Shown: piece after piece, positions 35,651 to 48,157 of the stretch | Layout: each line of letters starts with the position of its first letter | How positions within the stretch are numbered: position 1 is the first letter of the stretch | Source: Macrostomum lignano | Taxonomy: Eukaryota | Direction of reading: 5' to 3' | NCBI GenBank assembly: GCA_002269645.1 | Contig: NIVC01002439.1 | Location: 109,549 to 173,548 of the forward strand | DNA length: 64,000 nucleotides | Made by a program: the position numbers and the translations under genes | The notes under the pieces: model-generated | Databases searched by the model: none | What the model saw: only the letters and a program-made list of their open reading frames with translations | Told to the model about the DNA's origin: nothing

Positions 35651-36289
35651 ATAAAGTGGTCTCATAATCCCTATCATTTGCTGCTCATTCATTGACATTT
35701 ATTTTTAATCGCACTGTAAATTGAAAAATGAAATCTTTTTACCTCTGTGATGCATAGAATCCAAGTTGTGTTTCCAATGGATGAATTATTTGTGATTTTA
35801 AAATTGTATTTTTATATATTAATAAACTTCAGTCTAGCAATACAGTCATTCCCTGTCCGCCTGCTTCTGCTAATTTGTGCCTTGTTTTATTTCCTTAGAT
35901 TTCTGTCTACAGAGTTATTGACTAACTGTTATTCCTGTGCTTATTGCTATATATTATTATAAAAATCTGTTTATAGCGACTTGCCAATAATTTCTCTCTT
36001 GGTTTATGGGCTGAAACAGCGCTTCATAATTAATAGTTAATGTACATAAAGTTTGCCTGATTGTTGCTCTCTACATTCTTGAATTGAATAACTCGTTTGT
36101 GTCTGGTGAATGCCGACCATTTTTAATAGTAACGAGCTAAATTGTACTTTTTTCTATATTAAAATTTGCCTTCAGTTTCATTTCGTACCTAGAGTTCGTT
36201 ACGGTAAAGAACAAAACTGAATCTTTATTTATATTTTAATTACATTTGTGTATTAAGTAGAAAAACTTTATAGAGCCCATAAAAACTTT

Positions 36290-37012
36290 ATGTAGGATGG
36301 AGTCTGAATGTACGAGCGTACATTGGGTGCAGGGATTGTGGGGCAGGATGGAGTCTGAATGTACATTAAGTGCAGGGATTGTGGGGTAGGATGTAGTCTG
36401 AATGTACATTGGATGCAGGGATTGTGGGGTAGGATGTAGTCTTAATGTACATTGGGTGCAGGGATTGTGGGGCAGGATGGAGTCTGAATGTACATTAAGT
36501 GCAGGGATTGTGGGGTAGGATGTAGTCTGAATGTACATTGGATGCAGGGATTGTGGGGTAGGATGTAGTCTTAATGTACATTGGATGCAGGGATTGTGGG
36601 GTAGGATGGAGTCTGAATGTACATTGGGTGCAGGGATTGTGGGGTAGGATGTAGTCTGAATGTACATTGGGTGCAGGGATTGTGGGGTAGGATGGAGTCT
36701 GAATGTACATTGGGTGCAGGGATTGTGGGGTAGGATGGAGTCTGAATGTACATTGGGTGCAGGGATTGTGGGGTAGGATGGAGTCTTAATGTACATTGGA
36801 TGCAGGGATTGTGGGGTAGGATGTAGTCTGAATGTACATTGGATGCAGGGATTGTGGGGTAGGATGTAGTCTGAATGTACATTGGGTGCAGGGATTGTGG
36901 GGTAGGATGGAGTCTTAATGTACATTGGATGCAGGGATTGTGGATAGGATGGAGTCTGAATGTACATTGGGTGTAGGAATTGTGTGATAGGATGGAGTCT
37001 GAATGTACATAA
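36290..37012. repeat. 43-bp minisatellite directly upstream of SLC35B4
   Basis: GGATGGAGTCTGAATGTACATTGGGTGCAGGGATTGTGGGGTA; period 43. Confidence 0.96.
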
Positions 37013-37100
37013 CATAGGGTGCGGGGATTTTGGGATATGATGGAGTCGGAATTAACAATACAATTATTCTTAATATTCGCTACTTGCTACTTGCTACTTC

Positions 37101-39614
37101 ATGCAGCAGTCTTCGCAGCCGCAGTCGTCATTATCGCCGGCGGCCCTCGTGGGCATCGGCATGGTGTTTGCCGGCTGCTGCTCGAACGTGTTCTTCCTGG
37201 AGCTGATCATCAAGGAGGCCCCTAGCAGCGGCAATATTGTCACATTCTTTCAGTTCTTGTTCATTGCGGCGCACGGTTTTGTAACTACGGCCAAGTTTGG
37301 CCGGGCCAGGCGGGCCATTCCGCTGTCCTACTACGCGCTCATGGTGTCCATGTTCTTCGTAGTCCAGGTGGTGAACAACTATGCGCTTAATTTCAACATC
37401 TCTATGCCGTTGCACATGATTTTCAGGTAAATGAGTGCGAAATTTAAATCAGCGCGGTTTTTGTTAAGTTTCAATCAAGTTTCGTGTTTGAGGTTTCGGG
37501 GTTGTGAGGTTTTGGGTCTGTGAGGTTTTGGGTGTGTGAGAATTTGGGTCTGCGAGGTTTCGGGTCTGTGAGGTTTTGGGTCTGTGAGGTTTTGGGTGTG
37601 TGAGAATTTGGGTCTGTGAGGTTTCGGGTCTGTGAGGTTTTGGGTGTGTGAGAATTTGGGTCTGTGAGGTTTCGGATCTGTGATGTGTCGGGTCTGTGAG
37701 GTTTTGGGTGTGTGAGGATTTGGGTCTGTGAGGTTTCGGATCTGTGATGTGTCGGGTCTGTGAGGTTTTGGGTGTGTGAGAATTTGGGTCTGTGAGGTTT
37801 CGGGTCTGTGATTTGTCGGGTCTGTGAGGTTTTGGGTGTGTGAGAATTTGGGTCTGTGAGTTTTCGGGTTTGTGGACTTTCGAAACTGCGGAATTTTTAT
37901 TTAGATGGTGATTTGTACTCATAAATTCCCGTGACTTTTGGAATTTCCACCCGCTCAGGTCCGGCTCCCTCATGGCCAACCTCGTGCTTGGCGTGCTCAT
38001 TCTCAACAAGTCCTACCCGCTGTCCAAGTACGCCTCTGTGCTGGTCATCACGGCCGGCATAGTGGTCTGCACCATCGAGTCCGCCTCCGATGCCCGGCGA
38101 CCGCCAGCTGACGAGGCCGAAGCCGCCGCCGCCGCCTCCGAACAGGTGGAACTGCTGCGCTGGTGTCTGGGCGTCCTCATGCTGGTGTTCGCGCTGTTCA
38201 TGTCCGCTCGGATGGGCATTTTTCAGGTTCGTTTGCGCGCTGCCTGGCCTGGCAGTTGGTCTGACAGTGGGGTACAATGCCGCTTACTGTGGAGTGGATT
38301 CCCCATGCCAGTGAAGTAGATTCCTCGGACAGGGAATTAGATTCCCGGACAGTGAAGTAGATTCCCGGACAGTGAAGCAGATTCTCCGGGCAGTGAAGTA
38401 GATTCCCCGGACAGTGGGGGTAGACTCCCCGGACAGTGAAGTAGATTCCCGGACAGTGAAGCAGATTCTCCGGGCAGTGAAGTAGATTCCCCGGACAGTG
38501 GGGGTAGACTCCCCGGACAGTGAAGTAGATTCCCGGACAGTGAATTAGATTCCCGGACAGTGAATTCGATTCCCGGACAGTGAAGCAGATTCTCCGGGCA
38601 GTGAAGTAGATTCCCCGGACAGTGGGGGTAGACTCCCCGGACAGTGAATTCGATTCCCGGACAGTGAATTCGATTCCCGGACAGTAAAGTAGCTTCCCGG
38701 ACAGTGAATTCGATTCCCGGACAGTAAAGTAGCTTCCCGGACAGTGAATTAGATTCCCGGACAGTAAAGTAGCTTCCCCGGACAGTGAATTAGATTCCCG
38801 GACGGTAAACTAGCTTCCCCGGACAGTGAATTAGATTCCCGGACAGTAAAGTAGCTTCCCCGGACAGTGAATTAGATTCCCGGACAGTAAAGTAGCTTCC
38901 CCGGACAGTGAATTAGATTCCCGGACGGTAAACTAGCTTCCCCGGACAGTGAATTAGATTCCCGGACAGTGAATTCGATTCCCGGACAGTAAAGTAGCTT
39001 CCCGGACAGTGAATTAGATTCCCGGACGGTGAACTAGCTTCCCCGGACAGTGAATTAGATTCCAGGACGGTGAAGTAGATTCCTTGGACAGTGAATTGAT
39101 TCGAGTCCCAATCTGTCAGGCAGTCCCCGGGAGATCCCAGGTGCACAGGGGAATAACCAGTCAGTGACCGCACCGCCGCCAGGAGGAGACGTACCGCAAG
39201 TACGGCAAGCACCCGGACGAGTCGCTATTCTACAATCATTGCCTGCCACTGCCCGGCTTCCTGCTGCTCAGCGCCGACATCTGGCAGCACGTGCGGCTGT
39301 TCAGCGAGTCGGCGCCAATGTGGCCGCTGCCAGTGCCAAGGCTGTGGGTGTGGCTAGCCGGCAATGTGCTCACCCAATACCTGTGCATCAGGGGCGTGTT
39401 CATTCTCACTACGGAGTGCTCATCGCTCACCGTCACTCTAGTTGTCACTCTGCGCAAATTCAGCAGCCTGATATTCTCAATATTTTATTTTAATAACAGA
39501 TTTACTGGCATGCACTGGCTGCGCACTATTTGCGTGTTCGGTGGTACACTGATCTTCACTGAGACTCACCAGCGACTGCGGAATCTGCTGCTGGACAATC
39601 GGAAGAAAAGCTGA
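37101..39614 (+). CDS. SLC35B4: UDP-xylose/UDP-GlcNAc transporter SLC35B4, 341 aa; exons 37101-37426, 37959-38226, 39183-39614
   Basis: VFAGCCSNVFFLELI, GNIVTFFQFLF, ISMPLHMIFRSGSLMAN, KYGKHPDESLFYNH, LTVTLVVTLRKFSSLIFSI and C-terminal KKS; intron phases 2 and 0 are consistent. Confidence 0.95.
37480..37875. repeat. GT-rich minisatellite in SLC35B4 intron 1
   Basis: GGTCTGTGAGGTTT(T/C)G and GGTGTGTGAGAATTTG subunits in tandem. Confidence 0.9.
38320..39095. repeat. 20-21 bp minisatellite in SLC35B4 intron 2
   Basis: CCGGACAGTGAATTAGATTC and variants in tandem. Confidence 0.93.
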
Positions 39615-40289
39615 TTTTAAACCGAACTGCGAATAGTGCCAATCTCTTGCTTCTAGATTGATAAACATATATCGGTCACTTTTCTCGGCACTACGTAGTC
39701 TGAGGAATTCCCCTTTGACAGGTTTTCATTGGCCTATGAAGAGAAACTTCAGCTTAGGCTCTGGCCTCGTAAGTGTCCAAGCCATATTCAAGTCGTGCGC
39801 TTTAAATCCACTCTCTGCTTCAAATCCGACAAGTTATCGACTGCGGCCGGTTTTGTCCGGAAGAAAATTAGCGCAAGAGCCTAGAGAGAAGGGCTAGCTA
39901 TCTTATAGTTATTTGTAACCTGTTTTTATACTACTACTCTTAGTAGCACTATCAGATAGTAGTTTAGGTAGATTTTTTAATCACCATACATAATTTCCTG
40001 CATAGTTTGTTTTTCCTCTACTTCTTACTGAATACTTCTAGTAGGTAGCTAGTGCGGATGAGCCAGATTTTCTGGTGCTTTTCTACTTATTTTTGACTTT
40101 ATTCTCTGGCTTTGTTGTTTGTTGATGCGTACTAAATAACTGTTCAGCTTGATTTGGTTGATTTAGCAGTCGCATTCCCGCAAGGTGAGACACTATAACA
40201 ACTTGATAGGCCACTCAGGCTTCGTATTGTGCAGCCCGTAATGTAAATTGTCACTGACAATGTACATGCCAGTTTTAGGCTGTAGCATC

Positions 40290-40515
40290 GAAGAGGGCAA
40301 TAAAAATTGAGTGGTGGGACGGGGGTAGAGGTTTTGGGTGAAGAGACGCGATCGGAGGGGTTCAGGAGGGCAATAAAAATGAGGGCCCGTAGAAGTTTTG
40401 GGTGAAGAGACGCGATCGGAGGGGTTCAGGAAGGCAATAAAAATTAGGGCCCGTAGAAGTTTTGGGTGAAGAGACGCGATCGGAGGGGTTCAGGAGGGCA
40501 ATAAAAATTGGGGGG
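40290..40515. repeat. three-copy repeat of about 64 bp
   Basis: GTTTTGGGTGAAGAGACGCGATCGGAGGGGTTCAGGA(G/A)GGCAATAAAAAT repeated. Confidence 0.85.
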
Positions 40516-41334
40516 AGCGGGGTAAGAGGGCACTAAATGAGTCTCGTCTTAAATGAATTGCATTAAAATGCCTCTATTTAAACTGTCTACTGAACTGAAA
40601 GTAGCTTATGCGCAAATGTGCTGAGTGGTTCATCTAGTTATTATAGCTCGTAGTATTTGTGACAGCGCTGGCTTATTAAGACCGTAATGCTAGGTTATGT
40701 TTTTATATTTGTTTAACCTGATCTCTCCTCAAAATCTTCTCAGCCAGAGGGCCGTATGTTCACAATCAACTGAGCTGTGTATGAGCCAAGACAACCGACC
40801 GTTCTTAATTGCTTCTATTTCTGATAAATTGTCGTTTAGCATTCTATTAGATTTTTAAACCTATTTCTATTCTGCTCTTTTATTATGACTGTCTGCGCAA
40901 TGTTCTGTTGTTAAGCGACTTCGCTTGCTTATTATAGACCTGTTATTTAAATTGGAAATACCATATATCAAAGCTATATATAATATATATAGCTACAAGC
41001 CTATATAATATATCAAAGACACTTTCTACTATAGGCTAGTAAATATATGATTCCTTAGATAGGCTTGTTTTGCCAAAGCCCGTGTCGATTCGAAAAAAAA
41101 ATTTTAAAGGCAGCGACCTTATATATTGATTCGGCCTAACATAGGCATTTGTTATTTTTATTTTTCACACTGGACTAAGGGAGTTTTTCTGTGGCAAACA
41201 GGAAATATATCGATCTCTCAAATCTTGCCGCATGGGGAGTGGAGGTTGAAGACTGTTCAAATGTAATCAAGCAGGCTGAAAGCTTCGGTATGCACACACG
41301 AGGTTGCCGCGTAATTGTATGTCTATGCTTGGAT

Positions 41335-41880
41335 CAGGGGTCGGCCAGCTCCACTTCCACGAAGCCTCTCTATCCGGCCCTTGGGTCCTTTGAACTTCAC
41401 TATGGCAACTCGGCCTGCTCAGGGTTTTTCTCTCAGCTCTTCTCGCCTCCCCCTTCTCTATCCCCTCTCTCTCTCTCCCTTCTCTCTCCCCTCTCCCCTC
41501 TCTCTCTCTCTCTCTCTCTCTCCCTTCTCTCTCCCCTCTCCCCTCTCTCTCTCTCTCTCCCTTCTCTAGCTTCCTCTGTCCTTTCTCCCTCCCCTCTCTC
41601 CTTTGTCTCCCTCTCTCTGCCTTCTCTCTCTCTCCCTCTTTCCCTCTCTCTCTCTCCCTTCTCTCCCCCTCTCTCTCTCCCTTCTCTCCCCCTCTCTCTC
41701 TCCCTTCTCTCCCCCTCTCTTCACTTTCCTCTCTTCCCTCTTCCCCTCTTTTGTCCTCCCTCTCTCCCGCTTTTTATCTCTCTTCTCTTACAATGCTCCT
41801 TTCTCTTCTATTTCCTCTTCTATCTCTCCTCTATTCCCCTCTCCTTTCCTCTTACATGTGGCCCGCAGGCAGAGCTAGAT
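41335..41880. mobile_element. second, degenerate copy of the hAT MITE with an expanded CT-rich interior
   Basis: Starts CAGGGGTCGGC, shares CGAAGCCTCTCTATCCGGCCCT.GGGTCCTTTGAA and GCCCGCAG...AGAGCTAGA with 19205-19529; right TIR absent. Confidence 0.75.
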
Positions 41881-42864
41881 ACTTCAGGTTTAGTTTCCTG
41901 TTGACTATCATAGCTAAGGCAGGTTATATAACTTATATTGGGGATTTCTTCATGCAATATACTGTCGGAATACCACTTTTCCACACTAATTTAAGATTTT
42001 TTCGAACCTATTCTTACTGGAAATACCACGGTTTTCTATTCAAAAGGCATTAGATAGATAAGAAGTTTTCTGTTTTTTTAGCACTGAATTACCTATATCT
42101 GCCCTTCTGCATGGACTTCCGAATTCGAAACCAAGCAATTCGTCTTCGAACCAAGGACTACTAAAGTAGAAGGACGGGAAACCTGGGTCGTTTCTTGGGA
42201 AATTTTAGGAGACAGATTTTTAAATAAAAAAGTACACTACACGGAGAGAGAAAGAAAAGGACTTTCTACCCCCTAGTGTATTTTTATCGAAAAAACCGGC
42301 CTTCTTAATTTTCCAAGAAACGAGGTTTCCCTTCCTTCTACTTGAGTAGTCCTTGCTTGGAATCCGTAGCGAGAAATTCGAGGAATTTGAAGAAATGTTT
42401 TGTGTTAAAAAGTTTTCTTGCAATATGCGCGTCAGCTACTGAATTAAAGAGTAGTTTATGGCCTGTGCACTGAATGACGCATCGTATTGAATCTACTAGT
42501 GTAATCTTTTATTGTAAATAAAGTTCAAAATTAAGGTTCAAGAAACATTTTTTTAGAATCGTCACGTTTTCTCGGAAAGAGGCGAGTAAATAAAGTCCGA
42601 GAACAGGATAAACGGTTATATTTATTGTTTAACCGATAGCATCAATCTGCGATATTGCTCTTAGAGAAACTGATAGTTTAAAGGGTGTGGCGTAGCACTA
42701 AAACTGGCTAGTATATTTTTATCTCCTAACTATGAAGCATAGAATTACTATTTCTGTTAATGGCATGGCATTCTCATTACTGATTATTTTCCGTAAGGTA
42801 AAACCATTTTCAAACTAATATTAAACTGAAAGGGAGGACAAAAATCACGATAAAACATCGAGCC

Positions 42865-43000
42865 CAGTTGATGCTGACAGGGAAGGATGATGCTGACAGG
42901 GAGGATGATGCTGACAGGGAAGGATGATGCTGACAGGGGAGGATGATGCTGACAGGGGAGGATGATGCTGACAGGGGAGGATGATGCTGACAGGGGGAGA
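42865..43000. repeat. 19-20 bp tandem repeat
   Basis: GATGATGCTGACAGGGGAG repeated about six times. Confidence 0.9.
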
Positions 43001-43109
43001 TAAAGATGTGCCTGTATTGGTAGTTTTCTCATTTTCACAGACAAGTGTCGACAGTTCCAACTGACGTCCTGTCGCTGCAAGCGAGTCGCCACGTGCGCTG
43101 CGCTCCTTT

Positions 43110-46100
43110 TTAGGCGGCGCTCTGCTCCGCGTGCTCCCAGGCTGGCCAGGGCTCCGAGCTGCGGTAGCACCACTCGCTGATGCCCCAGCCTCGGATGCCG
43201 TTGACTTCGAAGTCGCAAAATCTTTCGTAGATTCGAACCTCAGCCGCCGTGCCCATGCAGAACACGGCCTGGTCGGCCGCCCGGCACTGCACCGTGTAGG
43301 CGCGCCCGCCGGCCAGGCAGCGGATGCGGAAGTCGGTAGACGGCCTGCCGTCCTGGCCTTCGTTGTACAGCCGGAAATCCGACTGGCGCACCGGGGACAC
43401 CCGACCGTCCGGGGTGCACACAAACCCGATGACCAGGCTGGGGATTGGGGCGGGTGGCGGTGCGGATGGTCACGATGATGGCGACGGCGACGGTGATGGC
43501 GACGGTGATGGTGACGGTGGTGGTGACGGTGATGGTGATGGTGACGGTGATGGTGGAGGTGGTGCAGTGATGGTGATGGTGGAGGTGGTGACGGCGCCTG
43601 TGATAGTGACGGTGATGGTGGAGGTGGTGACGGTGACAGTGATGGCGACGGCTACGGTGACAGTGATGGCGACGGCTACGGTGACAGTGACAGTGATGGT
43701 GAGGATGATGATGGTGATGGTGACGGGGACAGTGATGGTGAGGATGATGATGGTGATGGTGACGGGGACAGTGATGGTGAGGATGATGATGGTGATGGTG
43801 ACGGGGACAGTGATGGTGAGGATGATGATGGTGATGGTGACGGGGACAGTGACGGTGAGGATGATGATGGTGACGGGGACAGTGATGGTGAGGATGATGA
43901 TGGTGACGGGGACAGTGATGGTGAGGATGATGATGGTGACGGGGACAGTGACGGTGAGGATGATGATGGTGACGGGGACAGTGATGGTGAGGATGATGAT
44001 GGTGACGGGGACAGTGATGGTGAGGATGATGATGGTGACGGGGACAGTGACGGTGAGGATGATGATGGTGATGGTGACGGAGACAGTGATGGTGAGGGTG
44101 AGGATGGTGATGGTGACGGGGACAGTGATGGTGAGGATGATGATGGTGACGGGGACAGTGAGTGTCGACGATGGTTGCAGTAATAATAAGAGAGTTCGTG
44201 ACATTGATTTTCCAGCTTATTCTACGTGCGTATGTTCGATTTCGCATCGATTTGACAAATTATGGTGCACATCACTCATACTGCTGAGACAGCAAAGACT
44301 CTCTCTTTCTCACTTGGACAGGTAGTTCGGCATTGACACGCAGCCGATAGCGATGCAGGTCCGGTCCTGCAGGTAGATGTACTGCAGTCCGTAGCGGTAC
44401 AGGTCCGACCACACTCGGTGATTGCCGTAGGAGTGGTCGCGGGCGCCCTGCAGCTTCAGGTCGGCCACCTTCTCGTCGTCGACGTAGACGGGCCCGGTGA
44501 TTTCGCCGAACTGCTCGTAGTGCGTCTGGTGTACACTGCGAAGGACGAGGGGGATAATCTTGGCTTTGCGAATGGATTCAGCAAATGGGTCGCTTTCACA
44601 AGCTCGAAACTTCCCAAGCTCCAAACTTCCCAAGCTCGAAACTTCCCAAGCTCCAAACTTCCCAAGCTCGAAACTTCCCAAGCTCGAAACTTCCCAAGCT
44701 CGAAACTTCCCAAGCTCCAAACTTCCCAAGCTCGAAATTCACAAGCTCCAAACTTCCCAAGCTCCAAACTTCCCAAGCTCCAAACTTCCCAAGCTCCAAA
44801 CTTCCCAAGCTCCAAACTTCCCAAGCTCCAAACTTCCCAAGCTCCAAACTTCCCAAGCTCCAAACTTCCCAAGCTCCAAAGTTCCCAAGCTCCAAATTTC
44901 CCAAGCTCCAAATTTCCCAAGCTCGAAATTCACAAGCTCCAAAGTTCCCAAGCTCCAAACTTCCCAAGCTCCAAATTTCCCAAGCTCCAAATTTCCCAAG
45001 CTCCAAACTTCCCAAACTTCCCAAACTTCCCAAAAGCGAGGAAAAGTCTAGCTGGTCACATTTTCATCTTGAAACTAAACGATTTCGAGTTTCTGCCCTC
45101 ACATAAAGTCACTGTCATTTAGCAGATGTCTCTTGGCCTTCAAAGACTCATGGTTTTTTTAAGAGAAGATGAAGGAGTGTTCATCCTGCGAAGCAGCAAT
45201 GGCAACTTAAACAGCTCAGGCCGCACCTCTCCAGCCGCTTGAACATCTCCTGGCTCCACTCCTCGCTGGCCACCGCCTCAGCCAGCGGGTGGCTGTCCTG
45301 GTCCGTGTCAAAGTCGAACTGCCGGTGCAAGGCGCGCCAAGTTAGCTGGGCTCGAACCCGGACCCTCCGGCCGCAGCCGCCGCCAGTCGTGCCCAACTGG
45401 CGTCGCCGCTTCTCAGCCTCAGCCTCCGGCAGCAGCGTCATCTCGCCGTCGAACTCCAGCCGCCAGGTCTGCATCGGCTCCAGGCACTCGATGCGCATGT
45501 CCGACTTGGAGAAGCCGCCGCCTTCAGTGGCGGTGAAGTTCGTGTCCGGGTGGGACGGGTGCTCAAGCAGGCCAACGCCGCGCAGCCGCAGGATGCTGAG
45601 GCACTGCAGAAGGTTGCGCTGACGGCGCGAGGCCGCCATGATGAGGTTGTTGCCCAGCTGATCGGCGCCATTAAAGTACACAGCATCCACGGCCTGAGGT
45701 GGCAGGACAGCGAGTTTATTAGCTGGTTGATGGAAATTTCTCTGATCTCTGATCAGGTCAGAGGGTCAGAGCTCAGATCAGACTGAGACAGACAGACACT
45801 CAGGACTGAGACAGAAACCTAACACTGAGACAGACACTCAGAACTGAGACAGACAGACATTCAGAACTGAGACAGACAGACACTCAGGACTGAGACAGAC
45901 AGACACTCAGAACTGAGACAGACAGACATTCAGAACTGAGACAGACAGACACTCAGGACTGAGACAGACAGACATTCAGAACTGAGACAGACAGACATTC
46001 AGAACTGAGACAGACAGACATTCAGAACTGAGACAGACAGACATTCAGAACTGAGACAGACAGACATTCAGAACTGAGACAGACAGACACTCAGGACTGA

Positions 46101-46885
46101 GACAGACAGACATTAAGAACTGAGACAGACAGACATTCAGAACTGAGACAGACAGACACTCAGGACTGAGACAGACAGACATTCATAACTCAGACAGACA
46201 GACACTCGGGACTGAGACAGACAGACATTCAGAACTGAGACAGACAGACATTCAGAACTGAGACAGACAGACATTCAGAACTGAGACGGACAGACACTCA
46301 GAACTGAGACAGACAGACATTCAGAACTGAGACAGACAGACATTCAGAACTGAGACAGACAGACATTCAGAACTGAGACAGACAGACACTCAGAACTGAG
46401 ACAGACAGACATTCAGAACTGAGACAGACAGACATTCAGAACTGAGACGGACAGACACTCAGAACTGAGACAGACAGACATTCAGAACTGAGACAGACAG
46501 ACATTCAGAACTGAGACAGACAGACATTCAGAACTGAGACAGACAGACACTCAGAACTGAGACAGACAGACATTCAGAACTGAGACAGACACTCAGCTCT
46601 CACATTAGGATGCTTCCGATCGTCGGGCAGCTGCTGAGGCCGCTCCATCTCAGCTGGGGAGTTCCTGGAGGCCACCCCCATGCCGGCCTGCTCAGCCTTG
46701 CCATCTTTATTCCTACGCAGCCGCCGCAGCTGCAGCAGCAGCAGGAAGGCGGCATACTTGAGGTTGTACCAGCGGCCGGGACGGGCGTAGACACCGAACA
46801 GCGGCCGGGCGGCCGGCCGGCGGATGAGCAGCGTGAGCAGGCCCCAGGCCGCCGCCACGGCCAGCAGCAGCGATCCGAAATCCAT
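43110..46885 (-). CDS. uncharacterised protein, about 432 aa, N-terminal membrane anchor; exons 46885-46604, 45693-45227, 44535-44314, 43437-43110
   Basis: Four GC-rich exons join in frame with GT-AG introns (phases 0, 2, 2). Motifs AVDAVYFNG, IECLEPMQTWR, FDFDTD, HYEQFG, RDHSYGNHRVW and GWGISEWCY. Confidence 0.87.
43460..44165. repeat. GAT/GGT/GAC trinucleotide-derived array with higher-order period, intron 3
   Basis: GGTGACGGGGACAGTGATGGTGAGGATGATGAT-type units. Confidence 0.93.
44598..45035. repeat. 16-bp minisatellite, intron 2
   Basis: AAGCTCCAAACTTCCC in tandem. Confidence 0.95.
45780..46595. repeat. 23-bp minisatellite, intron 1
   Basis: GAACTGAGACAGACAGACATTCA in tandem. Confidence 0.96.
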
Positions 46886-47376
46886 GCAGATTTATAGTGC
46901 TATTGGATATTATACAGAGCTTTAAGCTGTGCAGTTTTCCCCTACTCTGCGCTCCTTGTCCAGTTTGAGCTTTTCTGAATTGGAGTTTCGCCGTTTCGGC
47001 AATTATATATAATTGTTGACTGTAGACGTGACAGAAGGCTCAGTGCGGCAGGACAGATAAGGATAAGGCTGCTAATATCTGCACGCTGCGTACGAATACG
47101 ACAGCTCAACAACTCAGCCAAACTTTTCTGGGGTTCGGCTTTCGAGCAAGCGAAATGTTTTATTAAATTGAAATTTCACTAAACCTATCGTGATAGCTGA
47201 GCAGCCAGCAGGTTAGAATTTTGGCAAACACGCTTACAGCTTAGCGATAAAGCGTCCATTGCTTTTACTTAGCAAATCTTGCAAAATTGCGCTTTGCAGG
47301 CACCAGCTCTTGGTGGACTTTGCCACCTGGTGGTGCGAGCTGTACATCAGCTTCCACTCCTCCACTCCGGTCACCG

Positions 47377-47600
<224 letters not shown>

Positions 47601-48157
47601 GACACTAAGTCAGACAGTCCCTTGAATGAAAAGCTGAGATAGCGGCAATACCAGTGGATGCATCCGCATGCCTCAGCACCGGCACAATTTTAAACTCAGC
47701 TGAGGCCTCCAAAGCTGAGAGTAAAATGCAATCCACCTCACCTGATGCAGTCGCTGCTAAGTGGTTTCGAAATAAATTCTTGATACATGAAGCATAACGA
47801 ACCCCCTTCCCCCTCCTAGTTGCAAGCTCCTCACTGCCACGGGATTTTGGCCGTTTGGTCTCTTGCCGCAGCAGAGGAGAGAAGGCTAGAGGGGATGCTG
47901 CAAAGCCATTAACTGTGTGACAGCCAACCCTCAATCGATCTCTTCATTGTCGTCCCTCTGTCGATAAAAAATTTAACACTTTTACTTTTTTGTTTGGAGC
48001 TTTTAAATCGCTAGATATATTTTCCGTCACGCATCCCATCTACCTACGAGCCAGCCTGGGCTGCTGTTGTGCTTGTTACCATAGCGATACAGAATTTTAA
48101 GCCCATCAAATACTCAGCATTTTCAAACGGAAAGCCAATTTTCAAATCAAGAGAAGC

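Noticed and set aside
43240-44325. His-rich, Thr/Val-rich and Gly/Asp-rich ORFs of 244-335 aa
   Set aside because: They are translations of the trinucleotide-derived array inside intron 3 of the minus-strand gene, bounded by GT-AG sites at 44313 and 43438.
46886-46905. TATAAA just upstream of the uncharacterised gene
   Set aside because: It lies under 15 nt from the ATG, too close to be a TATA box for this transcript.
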